Shown here one piece after another: positions 58,332-64,000 of a stretch of DNA of 64,000 bases; position 1 is the stretch's first letter, and each line of letters starts with the position of its first letter. The notes beneath the pieces were generated by a model that worked only from the letters and a program-made list of their open reading frames with translations, made no database searches and was not told the origin of the DNA. A program made the position numbers and the translations under genes. This stretch comes from Trueperaceae bacterium (GTDB lineage Bacteria > Deinococcota > Deinococci > Deinococcales > Trueperaceae), in contig OZ243913.1 in assembly GCA_965213705.1 (NCBI GenBank), positions 800,001-864,000 of the forward strand. Direction: 5' to 3'.

Positions 58332-58904
58332 ATGAAACAGCTTCTTTTGAGCGGACTTTTGTTGCTGGGGGCGTTCGGTTTGGCAGGCGAACTTCAAGAG
58401 CTTCACCAACAGCAACCGCAGGTTCAAACCGCGCCGCCGCTCGGTACGTCCGAGCAAGTCACGACGCCCGGCGTGAAACCTTTTCCGCCGACCGCGAACC
58501 TTCGACCCGACGCCACTCACGACATCACCGCCGTCGGCCTCGAGCGCCTCCGCTGCTACGCGCAGTGTCCGGCTTACACCGTCATCATTCAAGCCGACGG
58601 GTCGTTTCGGTACGTGGGCGAGTACGGCGTGGAACGTTTGGGCGAGTACACGGGCCAGGTGAGCCAGGGTCGCCTGAACCAGGTGCTGGCTTTCGTCGCC
58701 GAGACCGACTTTGCGGAGATGGACACGAGCTACACTTCCCCTTTTCTGGACGGGCCGACCGTCTACACGATGGTTGCAGAAAACGGCGACCCCAAAGTCA
58801 TAGAGAACTACGCCAACAGCGGCCCGGCGACGCTGTGGGCCATCGAGCAACTTATAGACGACCTGCTCGAGACCGCCGAGTGGGAAGCGGCCGACACGCG
58901 CTGA
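58332..58904 (+). CDS. Exported DUF6438-like protein
   Basis: Signal peptide; LER..C...CP.Y.V.I..DG...Y.G pattern. Confidence 0.6.
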   Translation: MKQLLLSGLLLLGAFGLAGELQELHQQQPQVQTAPPLGTSEQVTTPGVKPFPPTANLRPDATHDITAVGLERLRCYAQCPAYTVIIQADGSFRYVGEYGVERLGEYTGQVSQGRLNQVLAFVAETDFAEMDTSYTSPFLDGPTVYTMVAENGDPKVIENYANSGPATLWAIEQLIDDLLETAEWEAADTR

Positions 58905-59037
58905 CCCGACCCCGGAAGTCCGAGGTTGTCCTGTTTGCCTCAGCCTGTTGGTCCCAGCCTGTTTCAGCTCTTTAGTCTCGGCCGCAGGCGTGTTCGAGAG
59001 CGACCCTTTCACAGTCCCTGTGCTAACGTAACCAGCT

Positions 59038-60888
59038 ATGCAAAACCTCAAAACGAGCCTCCAACACGCCCTGAACACCGCGCTGAGCAAGCTGGGGGTC
59101 GAAAACGTCGACGCGCCCATCCAAGAAGTGCCCGCCGACAAACCCGGCGACTACGGCAGCCCGGTCGCGTTCGCGCTCGCTAAAAGCTTGCGCAAAAACC
59201 CGGCGCTCATCGCGGCCGAACTGGTCGAAAATTTGGACCTGCCAATGGGCATCGCCAGGGCCGAAGCGGTCGGACCGTACCTCAACTTTTTTGTGGATGC
59301 GGGAAGCTTTGTTCGAGGCGTGGTCGGGGACGCGCTCGTTTTACCCAAGCAGGACAAAAAGATGATCGTCGAACACACCTCGGTCAACCCTAACAAAGAG
59401 GCGCACGTCGGACACCTACGCAACATCGTTTTGGGCGACGCCTGCGCGCGCATTTTAAGGGCGGCGGGTTACGAGGTCGAGGTGCAAAACTACATCGACG
59501 ACACCGGGCGGCAGGCGGCCGAGTCGATCTTCGCGGCGCGCTATTTTAAGGCCGAGTACGACCCGAAGAGTGCCGAAGGCCACGGCTCCAAAAAGTACGA
59601 CCACTGGCTCGGCGAGCTGTACGTGCGGCTTACCCAGGCCAAAGAGAGCGACGGCGAAGCGATTGAACAAGGCGTCTCGGACGTGATGCACCGGCTCGAG
59701 CGCGGCGAACTGCGCACCAACATTGAAGACATCCTGCGCGCGCAACTCCAGACTTACTACCGCCTGGGGGCCGAGTACGACGTGTTCGTGTGGGAGTCCG
59801 ACATCGTCCGGAGCGGGTTGCTGGAGCAAGCCCTGGCCGTCCTGAACAACAGCGACCACGTTTTTCAAGCCACCGAAGGCAAGTACGCGGGCGCGCTCGT
59901 CATGGACGTGTCCGAGTTTTTGCCCGGTTTAGAGGAACCGCTCGTGGTGCTCGTGAGAAGCGACGGCAACGCGATGTACGTGATGAAGGACATCCCCTAC
60001 CAATATTGGAAAGTCGGGCTGTTCGAGGGCCTGGTGTTCGAAGCGTTCGACACCCAACCCTCGGGCAAAACGCTCTACACCAGCGCCCCGCAGGGCGAGG
60101 CGCACCCCGACGGGCGAGTGTTCGCCCACGCGGACGAAATCGTCAACGTCATCGACGCGCGGCAGTCACATCCGCAAACCATCGTCAAGACGGCGCTGAA
60201 ACTCTCCGGCACCGCCAAGGGTTACGACCAGTCGCACCACCTGGCTTACGAAGTGGTGACGCTCGAGGGTGCGGCGATGAGCGGGCGTAAAGGGATTACC
60301 CTGTCCATCGACGCGGTGATGGAGGAGGCTGTCAAACGTGCCCGGAGCGTCGTCGAGGAGAAAAACGCCGGTTTGACGACCATCGACGAGGTCGCCGAAC
60401 AGGTCGGCATCGGCGCGCTGCGTTTCGGGATGCTGAAAAGTGAGGCGAAACGAATAATCGACTTCCGCTGGGAACAGGCGCTGTCGTTGCAGGGCGACTC
60501 GGCCCCGTACGTGCAGTACGCACACGCGCGGGCCTGCAGCATCTTACGCGCAGCGAAGGCGGAGGGTTTGAGTCCTAAGGGTGCGGATTTTTCGAAGTTG
60601 GGCGACTTAGAGGTCAAACTCGCCCAGACGCTTGCCAGACTGCCCGAAACGGTGAGCCAAGCCGCTCGAGACTTCGCGCCGCACGTCGTCGCGCAGTACT
60701 GCCTCGACTTAGCGACCGCCTGGAACGGTTACTACAACCACAAAGACGCGTCCGGCAAACCCGACACGCGCGTGCTCCAGTCGGAGCCAGGTTTGCGCGA
60801 GGCGCGGTTAGCCTTGGTTGAAAAAGTCAGGGAGACGCTTTTTAAGGGGCTCGAGCTGCTGGGCATCGGCGCGCCGGAAGAGATGTGA
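59038..60888 (+). CDS. argS: Arginine--tRNA ligase
   Basis: GDY, EHTSVNP..AHVGHLRN, MSGRKG, YVQYAHAR. Confidence 0.95.
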   Translation: MQNLKTSLQHALNTALSKLGVENVDAPIQEVPADKPGDYGSPVAFALAKSLRKNPALIAAELVENLDLPMGIARAEAVGPYLNFFVDAGSFVRGVVGDALVLPKQDKKMIVEHTSVNPNKEAHVGHLRNIVLGDACARILRAAGYEVEVQNYIDDTGRQAAESIFAARYFKAEYDPKSAEGHGSKKYDHWLGELYVRLTQAKESDGEAIEQGVSDVMHRLERGELRTNIEDILRAQLQTYYRLGAEYDVFVWESDIVRSGLLEQALAVLNNSDHVFQATEGKYAGALVMDVSEFLPGLEEPLVVLVRSDGNAMYVMKDIPYQYWKVGLFEGLVFEAFDTQPSGKTLYTSAPQGEAHPDGRVFAHADEIVNVIDARQSHPQTIVKTALKLSGTAKGYDQSHHLAYEVVTLEGAAMSGRKGITLSIDAVMEEAVKRARSVVEEKNAGLTTIDEVAEQVGIGALRFGMLKSEAKRIIDFRWEQALSLQGDSAPYVQYAHARACSILRAAKAEGLSPKGADFSKLGDLEVKLAQTLARLPETVSQAARDFAPHVVAQYCLDLATAWNGYYNHKDASGKPDTRVLQSEPGLREARLALVEKVRETLFKGLELLGIGAPEEM

Positions 60889-61322
60889 TGACAGCCTGCG
60901 TGTTCTGCGACATCGTTCAAGGTAAAGCGCCCGCAAGCAAAGTGCTCGAGGACGAGCACACCGTGGCGTTTATGGATTTGCGGCAATTTCACCCCGGTCA
61001 CGTCCTGGTGATTCCAAAGCCTCACCTGCCGGACGTTCGCTATCTGGACGAAACCCTGGGTGCGGCGCTGATGAGCACGGTCGTCAAGGTGACCAGGGCG
61101 GTCAGCGCGGCTTTTCCGAGTGACGGGATGAACCTGTGGCACTCGGTCGGTGCAGCGGGTGGGCAAGAGGTTTTTCACCTGCACATTCACGTGCTGCCGC
61201 GTTTTGAGGGTGACGGTCTGTTACAGGTTTACCCTGAAACGCCCGGTTATCCCGAGCGGGCTACCCTGGACGAGTGGGCTAAGCGAATCAATTATCAGCT
61301 TCAACCTGAAAAACTACTTTGA
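60885..61322 (+). CDS. HIT family hydrolase
   Basis: CVFC, GHVLVIPK, GQEVFHLHIHVLPR. Confidence 0.92.
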   Translation: MMTACVFCDIVQGKAPASKVLEDEHTVAFMDLRQFHPGHVLVIPKPHLPDVRYLDETLGAALMSTVVKVTRAVSAAFPSDGMNLWHSVGAAGGQEVFHLHIHVLPRFEGDGLLQVYPETPGYPERATLDEWAKRINYQLQPEKLL

Positions 61323-61501
61323 TATAGGTGCCGGAGGCTACTCGTACTCTTGCCCGTCACGGTCGGCTACCACGGCCTCTCCAGCACCTCCACTGGCGAC
61401 GACCTTGCTGCCCAGCGGTTTGCCTTGGCCTTCAGCGCTGTGAAGAGCGGCAGCTTCTAAAAGCGTGAAAAGTTCAACATCGAGACCCAGATGAATTTCG
61501 C

Positions 61502-62140
61502 TCACAACCCCGGTATCAAGGCGATAAGCCTGAACAAAAGAGTCCGAAAGAAACTCGTAATACCACCGATAATCCCGGTGTAGCTGAGGAGCAGAAAAAC
61601 GACGATGAAGCCGATAAACCCGTACGACGCGATTTGCTGAACGACGCGGCGCACGTCCGCGTTGCCCCAGGCGAGGGCGGCTTTGGCACCGTCCAAGGGG
61701 TAGACCGGAAACAGGTTGATGACGGCGTGTAAAAGGGCTATATCGCCGGTGATGCGAAAAGCAACGGCCAAGTCCTGGCGTTGGACCTGAAAAAACACCG
61801 CCGCGACCAAGTAACCGACAAAGCCGACGATGAGGTAAGCCAACGGGCCGCTGTACCAGACGAACGCCTCTTGCCGGCCCCGCCCGCGGTAGTTGCGTGA
61901 ACTCACCGGAATCGCCTTGGGCCAGCCGAAGCCGAGCAGAAACAAAAAAAGTACGCCCGTCGGCTCGAGCTGCTGTTGCGGGTCGAAGCTCATGTAGCCC
62001 GAAAAGCGCGGGCCGTTGTCGCCGTAGCGCGAGGCGACCCAGCTCTGAAAAACGTTGTGGAAAATAAGCGCAATGACCATCACGACGGCGCTGATGACAA
62101 GCGTGTTGAGGTCTTGAGTTTGGAGGAAAGTCAATAACAT
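61502..62140 (-). CDS. Site-2 protease (M50) homolog lacking HExxH
   Basis: GFGWPK, GP, NLFPVYPLDG present; HNVFQ at the HExxH position. Confidence 0.8.
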   Translation of the reverse strand: MLLTFLQTQDLNTLVISAVVMVIALIFHNVFQSWVASRYGDNGPRFSGYMSFDPQQQLEPTGVLFLFLLGFGWPKAIPVSSRNYRGRGRQEAFVWYSGPLAYLIVGFVGYLVAAVFFQVQRQDLAVAFRITGDIALLHAVINLFPVYPLDGAKAALAWGNADVRRVVQQIASYGFIGFIVVFLLLSYTGIIGGITSFFRTLLFRLIALIPGL

Positions 62141-62145
62141 GAAGG

Positions 62146-64000
62146 TTACTCCTGGGTTTCGAGGTGGGCCCCGACGAGGCGGCGGGCGAGCGCCAGTTCT
62201 TCGTCAAAGGTGCCGACCTCGCGGCGGTGCCGCGCTTGCGCGACTTGTTTTAGGATTGCTCCCACCTCGGGGCCGGGCGGCAGCCCCAAGTCTAACACGT
62301 CTTGTCCGCGTAACTTTCGTTCGCCGGCGGTCGCTTCATGCTCGAGCACACGAGCTTCCAAACTTTGACTGAACACCTTTATCAGCACTTTTTCGGCCGT
62401 GCCGGACGCCTCCAACTGTTCGCGGGTCACGTCGTCACGCAGCTTGACGGCCCGCAACCGCTCGATGACGCCGAGGTAGCGCCGCGGCCAGTGAAAGCGC
62501 TCGAGCTGCGCAGCCACAGCCTCTTCCGGAACCCCGAGGAGGAGCGCGAATAGGTAACTCTCGTCAGGTACGTCCTCGGTTCGGCGCAAGGTGTCGAGGC
62601 GTTCGGTCGTGCTCGTGTCGAGGTTGAGGCCGAACATCGCCGACAGCGCGCCGACCGTGTCGAGGACTGCAAGTGCGGGCGTCACGGCGTTTTCGTTCAA
62701 GGTCAGCTCGAGTTCGGCGCGCAGCCTGTCGGCGCTGACCCGGCCGAGCACGGCGGGAGCCAGGGCGGCGGGAACCTGGGCGCGGGTGTCGTCTTCGAAG
62801 CGCAAACCCAGCCGCCCCGCGAGCCGCGCCCCGCGCAAGATGCGCGTCGGGTCTTCGACGAACGACAGCGGGTGCAGCGTGCGAAGTTCTTTTTGCTCGA
62901 GGTCCCTCAAACCGCCGTAAGGGTCGATGAGCCGGGGCGGCGGGCCGAGGCGGACGGCGAGCGCGTTCAGCGTATAGTCGCGCCGCGCCAAGTCGTGCGC
63001 GACGCCGCCGGGCGTGACGGTGGGCAGCGCGCCGGGGTGCGCGTAGGTTTCCCGGCGCGCCCCCGCGAGGTCCAAAACGAGGCCGCTCGGCAACTTCAGG
63101 GTGCAGGTGCCGAAGTCGAAGTGGCAGCTCAGCTCGCCGCCCAAGCGCCGCTGCAAACCAGCGCCCAGGGTTTCGGCGCTGCCCCCTTCGACGCTCAAGT
63201 CGAGGTCTTGCATCGCCACGCCCAGCACCGCGTCGCGCACCGTGCCGCCGACGAGGTAGAGCGCGGCGCCGGGCGCGAGCGCGTCTTGCGCCGCTTGAAG
63301 CGCGTCGCGCGCGGCGTGGGGCAGGCGTTCCAGCAGGGCCGCCGCGTCGTCCGGCGCGGCGTCGGTGTCGCGGTGCCGGGCGCTGAGCAGGTCGCTGCGG
63401 CTGACGATGCCGACTAAGTTGGTGAGGTTGGCTTCGCCGGCTTCTAAAACCAAAATCCGCCCGACGTTGCTTTTTTGGACCAACGCCTCTAACTCACTCA
63501 AGCTTGCCGTCGGCGCGGCCGTGACGAGCTTGCGGCGCATCAACCCCTTGACCTGCACGTCGCTCAACTCGTGCTGCGCGGCCTTGTCCAGGGTGCGGCG
63601 GTCGACGAGGCCGACGACGTCGCCCGCCGCCGTCACGACCGGCGCGCCGTGGTAACCGCGGCGCTCGAGCACACCCCGCGCCTCGCGAAGCGTCGCCGTC
63701 TCAGCTACCGTCGTGACCGGCCGACTCATGATGTCTCGCGCGGTGACGGGCGCGCGGCCGTGCCGGGCGAGGGCGGCCAGCAGTTTTTCTTCGGCCCCCT
63801 CCAACGACACTTCGGTCTTTGCAGAAGCCGCCCCCCGGTGTCCGCCACCGCCGAAGGCCTCTTTCAGGGCTGCGCCCACGTCGAAGCCGTCCGAGGCTCG
63901 AGCGATAACGTGCGTGGTGCCGCCCAGCCTCGCCAGGACGAAAGCGGCGTCGGCACTGTGACCCACGCTGTGATTCTCGCCGTGACCCTCGCTGTGACCC
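62146..64000 (-). CDS. CBS-domain tRNA nucleotidyltransferase (probably A-adding type), 5' end outside window
   Basis: GGGGH (DHHA1), CBS pair, VGGTVRD..DLD, RRDYTLNA, EDPTRILR. Confidence 0.88.
   Translation of the reverse strand, partial: GHSEGHGENHSVGHSADAAFVLARLGGTTHVIARASDGFDVGAALKEAFGGGGHRGAASAKTEVSLEGAEEKLLAALARHGRAPVTARDIMSRPVTTVAETATLREARGVLERRGYHGAPVVTAAGDVVGLVDRRTLDKAAQHELSDVQVKGLMRRKLVTAAPTASLSELEALVQKSNVGRILVLEAGEANLTNLVGIVSRSDLLSARHRDTDAAPDDAAALLERLPHAARDALQAAQDALAPGAALYLVGGTVRDAVLGVAMQDLDLSVEGGSAETLGAGLQRRLGGELSCHFDFGTCTLKLPSGLVLDLAGARRETYAHPGALPTVTPGGVAHDLARRDYTLNALAVRLGPPPRLIDPYGGLRDLEQKELRTLHPLSFVEDPTRILRGARLAGRLGLRFEDDTRAQVPAALAPAVLGRVSADRLRAELELTLNENAVTPALAVLDTVGALSAMFGLNLDTSTTERLDTLRRTEDVPDESYLFALLLGVPEEAVAAQLERFHWPRRYLGVIERLRAVKLRDDVTREQLEASGTAEKVLIKVFSQSLEARVLEHEATAGERKLRGQDVLDLGLPPGPEVGAILKQVAQARHRREVGTFDEELALARRLVGAHLETQE

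Overview
GC-rich bacterial chromosome segment, most likely Deinococcota (Trueperaceae-like; inferred from gene content, leaderless TANNNT promoters and short non-coding repeats). The ends carry core-like genes: DUF1206, MOSC, M20 peptidase, NarL regulator and the DUF1800/DUF1501 pair on the left; tRNA-Asn, speA, argS, HIT, an S2P-like gene and a tRNA nucleotidyltransferase on the right. At 9.5-22.9 kb, two paralogous LacI/sugar-ABC cassettes flank a GH63-like hydrolase and a Gfo/Idh/MocA oxidoreductase. The most notable region is a ~28 kb catabolic island (23.3-51.3 kb) with a GntR regulator and deletion scars at both ends. It encodes five calycin-like beta-barrel proteins, a nitrilase homolog lacking the catalytic Cys, an ALDH, a cyclic amidohydrolase, a maleamate-amidase-like isochorismatase, a LeuCD-type hydratase, two CaiB CoA-transferases, an HMG-CoA-lyase-family enzyme, a flavoprotein and ABC importers. 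My hypothesis (inference) is a pathway for substituted maleimides, possibly derived from bilins/tetrapyrroles. Other unexplained signals: 74-81 bp heptamer hairpin elements lying between a Shine-Dalgarno sequence and its start codon in three genes, two candidate structured RNAs near 1-1.8 kb, and strong CTCGAG enrichment with GATC depletion.
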